DNA of 64,000 bases from Candidatus Nanoarchaeia archaeon (GCA_028713895.1 JAQTNH010000001.1:661376-725375), one strand, 5' to 3'. Shown: positions 1 through 9,737, numbered from the stretch's first letter. Made by a program: numbers and translations. Notes: generated by a model not told the origin, from the sequence alone.

Positions 1-91
1 TGATTGACGGATTTTTCCATATTCATGAGTGGGAGCGCGATTCGATGAATAACCAGAATCCAGTTACAATAAATTTATATAAGGACTGGCG

Positions 92-502
92 ATGAAAATG
101 GTTATGATGGGAACTCAAAAACCAGAAGACAGAAATTATGTGCCTATAGCAGGCAGGGCATACCTGGATTTAGGCAGTTTCTCCATTTCTCCAACCCCTT
201 ATAATACAGATAACGGCAAAATGATTAGCCCTGTCGGCTTAGAAGTTTTGTCTAGTATTGAGGAATTGGCAAAAAAAACAAGGGAAGACACTCCTGCTGT
301 CGAAGAAGTTATTGTTAATTACCAAGACAAGGAAGGGAATCATCATCGCGGCACCCAAAAAGCCATAGACGCCTTAAGACAGAACGATACAATTACCCCG
401 CAAGCTGCAGGCACTCTGAAGCAATTTGTGGAAGCATTTAAGGGGAAAATTAGCCCTGACGTTGAAGAGAAACTTAAACAAAAAGGCATAAGACGCGTTT
501 AA
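92..502 (+). CDS. hypothetical protein
   Basis: 136-aa ORF with no motif I recognise. It is the first of three tightly packed same-strand ORFs upstream of gatD. Confidence 0.35.
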   Translation: MKMVMMGTQKPEDRNYVPIAGRAYLDLGSFSISPTPYNTDNGKMISPVGLEVLSSIEELAKKTREDTPAVEEVIVNYQDKEGNHHRGTQKAIDALRQNDTITPQAAGTLKQFVEAFKGKISPDVEEKLKQKGIRRV

Positions 503-595
503 TCCCAGATCTCTTGAGTTTTAACCCCCACCATAAAGTATATAAACAATAAACTACTACTAAACAGTAGTTACAAATGGTGGGGTGTGTTAAAT

Positions 596-1144
596 ATGAC
601 AGCTATTCCAATGAATTACATGCGTGGACGAGAATCCCTTAAAGCAATTGTTCTTTTTAATGAGAATAAATTACTCTCAAAGGTGATTCTTACTATCCAA
701 AACACCATGGCGCCTAAAAAATGCGGGGGCGGGCCCTATCTCGGAAACTTTGAGGATGTATTAAACAGACAACCTGACGGTTCTCTTGCCATCGCAGGAG
801 GTTCCTACACAGGCAAGCCTGAAGACAAATTCAAAATTAAAGCTGGTGGAACCTACGACGGAAGTTTTACTGCAAAAGCTAATGTTATCACAGAGGATTC
901 AAAACAAGTTTATGAGGCTGTAAAAGAAAAAGGCATGTTGCCTATAGAGACTACAGTATTCAATGAAAACGGGCTTACTGAAATCTGTAAGGCTTACACC
1001 GATGGAACTGATAATTTCTTGCCTGTTAAATCAACTAACATTGATTATGAACTAGGAACCATTGAAGAAAAAGTAGAGCTTATCAAGATGGACATGCAGT
1101 ATGGAGCCGTTAAAAGAAAACTCAATAAGCTAGGGGTGAACTAA
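596..1144 (+). CDS. hypothetical protein (Gly-rich)
   Basis: The track ORF starts at GTG 587. I prefer the in-frame ATG at 596, which has a GGTGGGG SD-like element about 10 nt upstream. No recognisable domain. Confidence 0.4.
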   Translation: MTAIPMNYMRGRESLKAIVLFNENKLLSKVILTIQNTMAPKKCGGGPYLGNFEDVLNRQPDGSLAIAGGSYTGKPEDKFKIKAGGTYDGSFTAKANVITEDSKQVYEAVKEKGMLPIETTVFNENGLTEICKAYTDGTDNFLPVKSTNIDYELGTIEEKVELIKMDMQYGAVKRKLNKLGVN

Positions 1145-1145
1145 A

Positions 1146-1571
1146 ATGCCAGTTGAAGATTTGTGGGACCCTGTATTAGCAAAAAATAACAGGGCTCCAA
1201 AAGGATCAAGCACTGTTTACATAGGAGAGCCTAACGAAGGAGAAAGCGCAGCAGATATGTATGAATTGTTTGGATGCGAGCAGATGGTTTTTGACGGCAA
1301 ACCAAAGCTTCCTTCTGAAGAAGAAACTCCTGAGCCTGTTTATGAAAAGCCCAAATTTACACAGACGAATCTTAATAACATAGAGTGCATGGCAGAAATA
1401 CTAGACCAAAACAATGAGCTTGCGGCAATATTTGAAGAAAACAGAAAAAACCTCCGTATATACCCAGGAGTCCAAAAGACTAATTCGCTAAGTCTTAGTA
1501 CTGAAAATGTAGTCAGAGCACACAGACAGGCACAGATCGACGAAGATTACAGCAGAATTGCTTATCAGTAA
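1146..1571 (+). CDS. hypothetical acidic protein
   Basis: 141-aa ORF starting 2 nt after the previous stop, which suggests an operon. No recognisable domain. Confidence 0.4.
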   Translation: MPVEDLWDPVLAKNNRAPKGSSTVYIGEPNEGESAADMYELFGCEQMVFDGKPKLPSEEETPEPVYEKPKFTQTNLNNIECMAEILDQNNELAAIFEENRKNLRIYPGVQKTNSLSLSTENVVRAHRQAQIDEDYSRIAYQ

Positions 1572-1654
1572 TTTTTATTTTTTGTTTAACATCATTTCTA
1601 AATCTTTATACATGTGATAAATAGTTTATAAATAATGAGGTTTTTAGGAGAACT

Positions 1655-2926
1655 ATGGCAAAGCCTGGGGACACAATAAAAGTAGTTACAAAGGATGCTG
1701 AATACACAGGGATACTCATCCAGAGACCTGAAATGGTTCCTGGGAATTCTATCATTCTAAAGCTTGACAACGGCTATAATATTGGGATTGAAAAGAACAA
1801 AATCCAAAAACTCACTGTAATCAAGGCAGGAAAAGAAACAAAACATGAAGCTGGAAAGCCCGCAAAGAACAAGAGCCTGCCAAATGTCGCGATTCTTTCA
1901 ACTGGCGGAACAATCTCCTCAAAAGTGGATTATAAAACAGGAGGAGTTTCGCCAAACCTCACTGCAAACGATTTTATCAGGGCAGAGCCAAAGCTCGCAG
2001 AATATGCAAATTATGATTTCAAGCAGGTTGCGCAGGTGCTGAGCGAGGATATGGATTCAAAAATCTGGACTGCGCTTGCAAAGGAAATTTACGCAGAAAT
2101 CAAAAAAGGAAAGCAGGGAATCATTGTTACGCATGGAACCGACACGATGCACTACACTTCTGCAGCAATTTCATTCATGGTGCAGAACCTTCCAGTGCCA
2201 GTAGTTTTTGTAGGAGCGCAGCGGAGCGTTGACAGGGGCAGTTCAGATGCATTCCCGAATCTTCTTACGGCTGCGATTGCGGCGACAAAGTGGGAAGGCG
2301 CAGAAGCTGTAATCTGCATGCATGAATCAACAAATGACAATGCGAACATCCTGATTCGCGGGACAAAAGCGCGAAAGATGCACACTGAAAGAAGGGATGC
2401 GTTCCGTCCGATAAATGATCTGCCCTTAGCACGAGTTGATTACAAGGGAAATATCCTGAATGTTTCTGAGCACAAAAAGCGCGAGGAGCGCGAGCCTATC
2501 CTTAACACAAGGCTTGATACAAAAGTCGGACTTATCTGGAGCTATCCAGAGATGGAGCCTGAAATCATTGATTATTACATTAAAAACAAATACCACGGCA
2601 TTGTTATCGCAGGAACTGGGTTAGGGCATGTGCAGCACTCGCTGATTAAAAAACTGAAAGAGTGCAGCAAAGCAGGGATTCCTGTTGTAATGACGTCGCA
2701 GTGCATCTATGGCAGAACAAACATGCGGGTTTATGAGACAGGACGCAGATTAATTTTTGAAGCGAATGTGATTGACGGCGCAGACATGACACCAGAGACT
2801 GCATTTGTAAAGCTCATGCATGTGCTCGGGCAGACAAAGGACATCGCGAAAGTAAAAACAATGATGGAGAAGAACCTTGTCGGAGAAATAAGCGACTGCA
2901 CAGGCGCAAACACTTTTCTGATTTAA
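1655..2926 (+). CDS. gatD: Glu-tRNA(Gln) amidotransferase subunit D
   Basis: 423 aa with an asparaginase-type fold (motifs LSTGGTISS and THGTDTM) preceded by the GatD-specific N-terminal domain. Confidence 0.9.
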   Translation: MAKPGDTIKVVTKDAEYTGILIQRPEMVPGNSIILKLDNGYNIGIEKNKIQKLTVIKAGKETKHEAGKPAKNKSLPNVAILSTGGTISSKVDYKTGGVSPNLTANDFIRAEPKLAEYANYDFKQVAQVLSEDMDSKIWTALAKEIYAEIKKGKQGIIVTHGTDTMHYTSAAISFMVQNLPVPVVFVGAQRSVDRGSSDAFPNLLTAAIAATKWEGAEAVICMHESTNDNANILIRGTKARKMHTERRDAFRPINDLPLARVDYKGNILNVSEHKKREEREPILNTRLDTKVGLIWSYPEMEPEIIDYYIKNKYHGIVIAGTGLGHVQHSLIKKLKECSKAGIPVVMTSQCIYGRTNMRVYETGRRLIFEANVIDGADMTPETAFVKLMHVLGQTKDIAKVKTMMEKNLVGEISDCTGANTFLI

Positions 2927-2936
2927 GTGAGGGTTG

Positions 2937-3266
2937 ATGGAACGAATCGAGAGAATCAAGCGGGTACTGGATGCATTGGGATACAAAGAAACTTCAACTG
3001 TGCAGTTCACCCTGCGAAGATTTGAAAAGGTTGACAGGATTCATGCAAATATCAAAGGGAAGACTGACGAGCAGCTGCACGAGATATTTAAGATGTTCAA
3101 CAAGCGCTATGAGATGAAACTTGTGGGTGAATCATTCCCCTCAACAGCAGGAGCGCTGACAGTCAAGGAAATGCTGGATTATCTTGAAGAATATGACAAC
3201 AAGTTCTCCCTTGACTGGTGCGAGCTTGATTTCAAAGAAGTCATAATAAAGTTATCTTATTTGTGA
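2937..3266 (+). CDS. hypothetical protein
   Basis: The track ORF starts at TTG 2934, with an ATG at 2937. It overlaps the next gene by 4 nt. No motif recognised. Confidence 0.4.
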   Translation: MERIERIKRVLDALGYKETSTVQFTLRRFEKVDRIHANIKGKTDEQLHEIFKMFNKRYEMKLVGESFPSTAGALTVKEMLDYLEEYDNKFSLDWCELDFKEVIIKLSYL

Positions 3267-3796
3267 TAAAAATGGATGTTGAACTGGCAATCAAGAAGAG
3301 AAAATCAATACGAAGATTTGAGAACGAAGAAGTTTCAGATATATTGGTAGAAGAAGTTATCAAAGCGGCTAAGCAGGCTCCTTCAAGTCACAATCTGCAG
3401 AACTGGCATTTTGTTGTTGTTAAGGACAAAAAGACAAAAGAAAAATTCATGGAACAAAATGTTTTTGTGCAGAAAGAAATATGCGATGCGCCGGTGATAA
3501 TTGTTTGCTGTGCAGATAAGGAAGCATACTCAAAACATTCGATAAGAGAACATGAGACTAACATGCAATTAGTCAATCTTTCGCTGGCAAGCGCGTTTTT
3601 AGTATTAAGAGCAACAGAACTTGAGCTTGGGACTTGTTTTGTTGCGTGGTGTAATAAAGAAAAGATTAAGAAACTTCTTGGAATCCCGAGAAGCAAAGTA
3701 ATCCCCTTTGTAATTGTTATGGGCCATCCAGCTGAGAACCCCGAACCGAGGAGCAGAAAAAGCCTAGGAAAGATATTGCACAAAGAAAAGTGGTAA
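3263..3796 (+). CDS. nitroreductase family protein
   Basis: 177 aa with the motifs RKSIRRF and SSHNLQNWHF, typical of FMN nitroreductases. Confidence 0.8.
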   Translation: MIKMDVELAIKKRKSIRRFENEEVSDILVEEVIKAAKQAPSSHNLQNWHFVVVKDKKTKEKFMEQNVFVQKEICDAPVIIVCCADKEAYSKHSIREHETNMQLVNLSLASAFLVLRATELELGTCFVAWCNKEKIKKLLGIPRSKVIPFVIVMGHPAENPEPRSRKSLGKILHKEKW

Positions 3797-3855
3797 ATCA
3801 AAGTGTTTCTTTAGTTCATTTTTAGACGTGTTTTTAAAATCGTAACATTTATATA

Positions 3856-3867
3856 AGACATATGTCT
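3856..3867. promoter_or_regulatory. 12-bp perfect palindrome AGACATATGTCT between a TATA-like box and the wHTH gene start
   Basis: Read directly: tttatataAGACATATGTCTcataataggtATG. This is an operator-like position. Confidence 0.45.
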
Positions 3868-3877
3868 CATAATAGGT

Positions 3878-4087
3878 ATGCCAAAAAAAGGACCAGACAC
3901 ACAAAAAATAAAAAAAATTCTTGAAACTTTAAAGAAAAACCCTAATGGAATTTGGGTACGTGAACTTGCTCGTAAATCAGATTTAGACAAATCAACTGTT
4001 TCGCGTTATATAACAGAGTATCTTAATAAAGAAGTTGAAGAAATTTATGATGTTGGTGGTTTGATAAAGTTGGTGAAGCTAAAATGA
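3878..4087 (+). CDS. small winged-helix DNA-binding protein
   Basis: 69 aa with an HTH-like segment (WVRELARKSDLDKSTVSRYI). Its stop overlaps the next start (ATGA). Confidence 0.5.
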   Translation: MPKKGPDTQKIKKILETLKKNPNGIWVRELARKSDLDKSTVSRYITEYLNKEVEEIYDVGGLIKLVKLK

Positions 4088-5241
4088 TTAAAAACGTATT
4101 AGACTCAGAATTTGCATATTTGTGTGGTGTTTTTGCTGGGGATGGTTGTTTATACAAGGATAAAACATATAGAATCGAGATATGTGATGGAACCAGCGTA
4201 CCTGATGATACAGAATATTCAAAGGAATTTATCGAACATCTCGCATCAGATATTAAATCTAACTTTGACATTAAAAATATTCCTATCCGAAGAAGAGGAA
4301 ATCAATTTATTTTGAATACACGAAATAAGATATTGATAAATGCTTTAATGTTTATTGGATTTAAACCCGGGAACAAGTCTCATATTGTTTCGGTCCCAAA
4401 ACTGTTTCTTGGAAAAGAAGTATTAGAACTAAATTTTTGGCGTGGTGTGATGGATACGGATGGCATGGTGGCAAGGAACTCAAGAAAAATAGCATTAGAA
4501 TCTGCTAGCAAAAAACTAATAGTTCAGTATTCCGACTTTTTAAAAAAACATAAAATCCCCCATGTGGCATATAGCAGACGATTGATTGATGGTATCTACT
4601 TTGGAGTTAGACTTAGAAGTCCATTTTTAGAGATGTATGCTAAACTGATAGGATTCAAACATCCAAGAAAGAAAAATTGGTTAGAACAACATATTAAACA
4701 CAGATTTTATATTGAGAATGAACTACGAATAAATGATTTTCTTCTAGACAGAGGAGTGATTGATTATGAAACTATTTTTAATGATAGTAACACCTTCGTA
4801 GTTAATGGGAAGGAATTGCTTAACAGATTAGGCTCAAATTATTATCAGTATAGACCAAATATTTTACTGAGTACGATTCTATCCGAAGCTAAAAAGTTAG
4901 GTTTTGATAAACTCAAAATTTTAAAGTTGCTGTCTAAATATCGATGGAAATCTTCGAAAGGTTCAAATATATCAGTTAAGTTGCCGTTAAAATACAATAA
5001 AAATATGGATAAATTATTACAATTAGTTAGATTAGGTACGAGTGGAAACATAAAAATATCGCGTAGATATGCTAACGCTTATGAAGTTAATCCTGACCTT
5101 GCGATTAGAGAAATAACTGAGCTATTTGATTTAAAACCAAAATACACTTCAAAACAAGAAACTTTATTTTGTAGCACAGTTTTAAATATCCTATTCTCTA
5201 GAATATTAAGGAGAACAACATGTCAGAATATGAAAAAGTAG
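4084..5241 (+). CDS. free-standing double-motif LAGLIDADG endonuclease-like protein
   Basis: Two LAGLIDADG-type motifs, YLCGVFAGDGCL (about residues 12-23) and FWRGVMDTDGMV (about residues 118-129). The codon usage is AT-rich and TTA-rich. The 3' end overlaps the gatE start by 22 nt. Confidence 0.7.
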   Translation: MIKNVLDSEFAYLCGVFAGDGCLYKDKTYRIEICDGTSVPDDTEYSKEFIEHLASDIKSNFDIKNIPIRRRGNQFILNTRNKILINALMFIGFKPGNKSHIVSVPKLFLGKEVLELNFWRGVMDTDGMVARNSRKIALESASKKLIVQYSDFLKKHKIPHVAYSRRLIDGIYFGVRLRSPFLEMYAKLIGFKHPRKKNWLEQHIKHRFYIENELRINDFLLDRGVIDYETIFNDSNTFVVNGKELLNRLGSNYYQYRPNILLSTILSEAKKLGFDKLKILKLLSKYRWKSSKGSNISVKLPLKYNKNMDKLLQLVRLGTSGNIKISRRYANAYEVNPDLAIREITELFDLKPKYTSKQETLFCSTVLNILFSRILRRTTCQNMKK

Positions 5242-7085
5242 GTTTGAAGGTTGGACTGGAAGTCCATCAACAGTTAGATAGTCATAAACTATTTTGTAAC
5301 TGCCCCTCTGTGATGCGGGACAAAGAACCAGATTTTACTGTAATCAGAAAACAGAAAGCAGTAGCTGGAGAGATGGGGCTCAAGGATATTGCCGCAGAAG
5401 CAGAAGAATTCAAGGACAAAACTTTCGTGTATGAAGGTTATAATGACACCACATGTTTAGTAGAACTTGACGAGGAGCCTGTTCATCCTATAAACAAAGA
5501 AGCACTGGAAATCGCGTTGATAATTGCAAAATCGCTTAACATGAGAATATTTGACGAGATAGAAGTGATGCGAAAGACTGTAATCAATGGCTCGAACACG
5601 TCAGGATTCCAGAGAACTGCCTTAGTCGGCGAGAATGGTTTTATTGAAACAAGCAGAGGAAAAGTACGCGTCAACATGCTTGCAATTGAAGAAGATGCTG
5701 CACGAGAAATGCGAAGGGAAGAAGGTGTTGTTAATTTCAGGCTGGACAGATTGGGAATTCCGCTTGTTGAACTGCGGACTGAGCCTGACATCACTTCGCC
5801 AGAGCAGGCAAAAGAAACTGCAGAGAAACTCGGGCTTTTAATGAGGATGACTGGACGCGTTAAGCGAGGGATAGGAACAATCCGCCAGGATGTCAATGTC
5901 TCAATCAAGGGCGGAAGCAGGATTGAGATAAAAGGATTCCAGGAACTCAATGACATACCTGCTGTGATTAAAGGAGAGATTGACAGACAGAAAAACGTTC
6001 TTGAGATACGAAACAAGCTCAACTCGCGCAAGGCAAAGGCTGTGCGGGATTTCAAAGAAGTCTCGCGAATACTTTCAGAATCAGAATCAAAACTTGTCAA
6101 GGAAGCGCTGGAGCGCGGAGAAAAAATAATCGGGATGAAGCTCAAGGGATTTGACGGAATGTTCAAGCGCGTAATCTGCGGGGAAAGAACCTATGCAAAA
6201 GAATTTGTTGATTATCTCAAACATTTCACAGACATGAAAGGATTCATGCACACTGACGAGCTGCCAAAATACGGAATAATTGACAAGCAGGTGTTTGAGC
6301 TGAAGCAGCTGTTCACAGCAGGAAATGAGGACTTGGTATTGTTCCTGTTCGGCTCGGAAAAAGAATGCCACAGAGCGCTGCATGTTCTTGCAGACAGGGC
6401 AGAGCAACTAATTGCAGGAGTCCCAAGCGAAGTTAGGAATTCAATGGAAGACATGTCAACAAAGTTCCTGCGCCCGATGCCTGGGGCATCGCGCATGTAT
6501 CCGGAGACAGACGAGCTTCCAGTAAAAATCACAAAGGAAATGCTCAAACAAATCAAGCTGCCTGACACTCCTGACCAGAAAATGAAAAAATATGTGAAGC
6601 TCGGGCTCGGTGAAGAGCTCTCAAAGCAGATGATTCACAGCGAATACTTCCCAGTATTTGAGGAACTTACAGACAGGTTCAGGAAACTCAATCCAATACT
6701 TATCGCGTCCAATCTTCTTTCTGCGCGGGATGAAATCAGGAAACGCTTTGATGCGAATACAGACAGCCTGAACAAGAAACATTTTATCGGAACATTTGAG
6801 CTGCTTGAGAACGGAAACATTGCAAAGGAAGCTGTGATTGAGCTTCTTGCATGGCTTGCAGTCAACCCGCAGGCCGGAGCAGAAGAAGCAATGCGTAAGC
6901 TGAAGCTGCAGAGAATCAGCAAGAAAGAGCTTGAGAAATTCACAGACAAGATTCTTGAGGAAAACAAAGAACTGGTTGAAAAGAAGCAGTTCGGCGTGCT
7001 GATGGGCTTCCTCATGCGCAAAGTCCGCGGAAGAATAGACGGAGAGCTTGTTTCTGAAGTTTTGAAAAAGAAAATGGGATTATAA
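5220..7085 (+). CDS. gatE: Glu-tRNA(Gln) amidotransferase subunit E
   Basis: 621 aa with a GatB/GatE core (GLEVHQQL, NGSNTSGFQRT) and a C-terminal GatB/YqeY-like tail. Confidence 0.9.
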   Translation: MSEYEKVGLKVGLEVHQQLDSHKLFCNCPSVMRDKEPDFTVIRKQKAVAGEMGLKDIAAEAEEFKDKTFVYEGYNDTTCLVELDEEPVHPINKEALEIALIIAKSLNMRIFDEIEVMRKTVINGSNTSGFQRTALVGENGFIETSRGKVRVNMLAIEEDAAREMRREEGVVNFRLDRLGIPLVELRTEPDITSPEQAKETAEKLGLLMRMTGRVKRGIGTIRQDVNVSIKGGSRIEIKGFQELNDIPAVIKGEIDRQKNVLEIRNKLNSRKAKAVRDFKEVSRILSESESKLVKEALERGEKIIGMKLKGFDGMFKRVICGERTYAKEFVDYLKHFTDMKGFMHTDELPKYGIIDKQVFELKQLFTAGNEDLVLFLFGSEKECHRALHVLADRAEQLIAGVPSEVRNSMEDMSTKFLRPMPGASRMYPETDELPVKITKEMLKQIKLPDTPDQKMKKYVKLGLGEELSKQMIHSEYFPVFEELTDRFRKLNPILIASNLLSARDEIRKRFDANTDSLNKKHFIGTFELLENGNIAKEAVIELLAWLAVNPQAGAEEAMRKLKLQRISKKELEKFTDKILEENKELVEKKQFGVLMGFLMRKVRGRIDGELVSEVLKKKMGL

Positions 7086-7086
7086 A

Positions 7087-7887
7087 ATGAAAATATTTGC
7101 GTGCGGGGATTTCCACGGAACTGTGCCTGAAAAGTTCAGGAAGATTGCACGCAGCTGCGACTTTGTGCTGTGCATAGGAGACTTGGCAAACCGCGACAAA
7201 GAAAGAGCTATTTATTTCAAGCACTGGAAAGCACTTGGCGAAGGGCATGATTTGTTTGAATTTGTTGACAAGAAAAAATTCAGAAAAATACTCATAAGCA
7301 ATGTTAAGAGCCTGGTTCCTGTAATAAAAAAAATGGATAGTTGGGGCATGCCTGTTGTTACTACGCATGGAAACGGGGACTTTACAAAAGAACGGCTGAA
7401 ACGTTACTTCAAAGGACTTGACATGCCAAGAAACCTTCCGCGGTTTGAGCAGCTTGTTAAGAAAACGAAGAACATCAACTATTTTCCAAATTCAGTTGTA
7501 GACTTTGACGAAACGTATCAGATAATAACATTTGGTTGCCCTACTGATGATGTTCCGGATGAAATCGAAATTATGATGCTTAGGGATTTGTTCAAGCAGA
7601 AACTGAAAAACAAGAAAGTGATATTCCTGACGCACGAGCCGCCATACGGAACAAAGATTGATTTGACAAAATACGGGCCTGCAAAAGGGCATCATATCGG
7701 AAGCAAATCAGTAGCGTGGGCAATCAAAAAGTACAAACCTGCGCTGAACATCTGCGGGCATGTGCATGAAACCCAAGGAGTATCCTGTGTTGGCAAGACT
7801 ATTTGCGTTAATGCTGGCTATGGCAGGAAAGGGCAGGCTGCGATAATTGAGCTTGGAAAGAAAATAAGCATAAAATTAGTGAAGTGA
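7087..7887 (+). CDS. calcineurin-like metallophosphoesterase
   Basis: Motifs ACGDFHG, GDL, GNGD and GHVH appear in the canonical order. Confidence 0.7.
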   Translation: MKIFACGDFHGTVPEKFRKIARSCDFVLCIGDLANRDKERAIYFKHWKALGEGHDLFEFVDKKKFRKILISNVKSLVPVIKKMDSWGMPVVTTHGNGDFTKERLKRYFKGLDMPRNLPRFEQLVKKTKNINYFPNSVVDFDETYQIITFGCPTDDVPDEIEIMMLRDLFKQKLKNKKVIFLTHEPPYGTKIDLTKYGPAKGHHIGSKSVAWAIKKYKPALNICGHVHETQGVSCVGKTICVNAGYGRKGQAAIIELGKKISIKLVK

Positions 7888-8493
7888 CATCACTACATCA
7901 GCAATCGCTTTTGCAGGGCCAAAGATTGTTCCGCCGGATTTCTTTATTACTTCTGTTGCAAAATTCTTCAGCTTGGATTCCATGCCTTTTGCCTTGCAGT
8001 GAAGCTTCATGTCCTCATTGTGTCCGCCAGTAACATAAGCATCATGCTCCTGGGTGAGATATTTCAGACGGTTGGAATCAAGCTGGTTGCCAAATTCAAT
8101 GACATTCTCTTTTGGAAGCTTTGTGAGTTCAGCAACATATTTTGTGAGTTTGTCTGCAGGGTTCGTGACCATTACTATTTTTGTTTTGCGGGTGAATTCT
8201 TTCCCAGAGAAAACATCCATTATAACATGTTTGTTTTTATCAAACAGCTCGTCCCTTGATTTTATGTCAGGGGTTCGCGGGAATCCTGCCGTCATTACGA
8301 TAACATTGGAATCCTCAAGCATGCCTTCTGTTTTAATCCGAGCAAAAGGAAATGCGCTCTGCAAATCCATGCGCACACCGTCAAGATAATCTGTACGTAC
8401 ATCCAGTAACGTTATTTCATTCAATCCGCGCTCAAGCAAAGTGTATGCAAGAGTGCTTCCGACCTTTCCTGCCCCGATTATTGTGATTTTCAT
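7876..8493 (-). CDS. short lactate/malate dehydrogenase-like protein
   Basis: Rossmann motif IIGAGKVG, then MTAG..R, TNPAD and GGHNED (the catalytic-His context). It is only 205 aa. Confidence 0.6.
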   Translation of the reverse strand: MKITIIGAGKVGSTLAYTLLERGLNEITLLDVRTDYLDGVRMDLQSAFPFARIKTEGMLEDSNVIVMTAGFPRTPDIKSRDELFDKNKHVIMDVFSGKEFTRKTKIVMVTNPADKLTKYVAELTKLPKENVIEFGNQLDSNRLKYLTQEHDAYVTGGHNEDMKLHCKAKGMESKLKNFATEVIKKSGGTIFGPAKAIADVVMSLH

Positions 8494-8527
8494 AAAACAA
8501 TTAAATAAGACGTTTCTTTAAAATGTT

Positions 8528-9163
8528 ATGATTCCGAACAAGAAAGCGCTTGAAATCATTCTCTCTGCAGTAAGAGGATTTGAAAAGCCAATCCCTGAGC
8601 TGGAGCAATATGTTACGCCTTCTGATATAGCCGCAGAACTGCTTTGGACAGCTTTTATGGACGGCAATATCGAGAAAAAGAAAGTTTTTGATTTGGGCTG
8701 CGGAACAGGAATCCTTACAATCGGAGCTGCGCTGCTTGGGGCAAAAAGCGTAACAGGGTTTGATATTGACAGGACAGCATTCAAGAATGCATTTGAACTT
8801 GCAGAAAAAAATGCCAGGATTCTAAGAGAAACAAATATTCTTGCTGAAAACATAAAATTTGTCGAAATTGATGTCAAGCATGTCGAGGAAAAGTGCGACA
8901 CTGTTGTGATGAACCCGCCTTTTGGTGTGCAGACAGAACACGCGGACAGATTATTTCTTGAAAAGGCATTTGGAATCGCGAATGTGATTTATTCGATACA
9001 CAAAGGCGGTTCTGACAAATTCCTTTTGAGTTTTGCAAAAGACAAAAACTGGAGCGCTGTAAAGCTCGGTGAGTTCAGGTTTGTCATAAAGAAAAGCATG
9101 GACTTTCATGAAAAAGCAAAATATCCTGTTGAGGTTGAGCTTTGGAAGTTCCTCAAATCTTAG
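8528..9163 (+). CDS. SAM-dependent N6-adenine RNA methyltransferase (METTL5-like)
   Basis: SAM-binding motif DLGCGTGIL and catalytic motif NPPFG, with a size and layout like archaeal METTL5-type methylases. Confidence 0.65.
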   Translation: MIPNKKALEIILSAVRGFEKPIPELEQYVTPSDIAAELLWTAFMDGNIEKKKVFDLGCGTGILTIGAALLGAKSVTGFDIDRTAFKNAFELAEKNARILRETNILAENIKFVEIDVKHVEEKCDTVVMNPPFGVQTEHADRLFLEKAFGIANVIYSIHKGGSDKFLLSFAKDKNWSAVKLGEFRFVIKKSMDFHEKAKYPVEVELWKFLKS

Positions 9164-9245
9164 AATTCTAATAGAATTCTGGCGATGTTCAAGAACATCC
9201 TGTTCTTGACAAAGTAATATAAATAGTCTCATTTTTAATGTTCGT

Positions 9246-9458
9246 ATGGAAGGTGACAAGATGACTGTAATGAAAAAGGAAGAACAGATAGGTTTCCATA
9301 AAGGCGCGATTAATACGCTTCTAAAAGAAAGACAGGAAATGGTTAGGATAATAACTGTTATTGACCAGCTTCTTAAAGCACATGCATCTGGATTGCAGCA
9401 GCTTGGAATCAAAATAGGCAAGACAGAAGAAAAAAAGCTTGAGAAAGCGCTGGATTAG
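9246..9458 (+). CDS. hypothetical small coiled-coil protein
   Basis: 70-aa ORF with no motif recognised. Confidence 0.3.
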   Translation: MEGDKMTVMKKEEQIGFHKGAINTLLKERQEMVRIITVIDQLLKAHASGLQQLGIKIGKTEEKKLEKALD

Positions 9459-9737
9459 AAATATTTAAATACTTCAAAATATATAGTATTTATGGGTTAA
9501 AATGAAATACACAAGTGATTTACGGAACTGAAAGTTTTAGAGTAGATTTATTTAGCCCACATTCTTTTCATTCATTTTCTCAAACTGCCTTCTTTTCTAA
9601 AGAAGGTAAGCTGCCAAGAAAGCTTAGCGGTGAGAGAGGGGTTTTAAAAATGAAAAAGTTAAGTGAAACAGGTGATTTACGGAATATTGGATTCTGCTGA
9701 AGAAAAGCATTTTAAAGGAGAGCGCATAGATAAGAGT

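Noticed and set aside
4084-5241. An intein origin for the two LAGLIDADG ORFs (also 24136-25413)
   Set aside because: Neither ORF is in frame within a host protein. gatE, nre and radA have uninterrupted family motifs and normal lengths, and no Hint-domain splicing blocks are visible.
5220-5520. A co-conversion-type codon shift at the 5' end of gatE, analogous to the nre 3' end
   Set aside because: Leu codon usage in the first ~100 codons is mixed (TTG, CTG, TTA, CTA, CTC, CTT) with no sharp boundary. This is not convincing without a quantitative analysis.
9459-9737. The 280-nt asnS upstream spacer as an ncRNA (RNase P RNA, C/D box sRNA or leader), including the duplicated 13-mer GTGATTTACGGAA at about 9515 and 9671
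   Set aside because: The region is AT-rich with no GC enrichment. It has no CR-I or CR-V RNase P blocks, and its box spacing is incompatible with C/D sRNAs. A 13-mer repeat within a few hundred nt is not rare enough on its own to support a claim.
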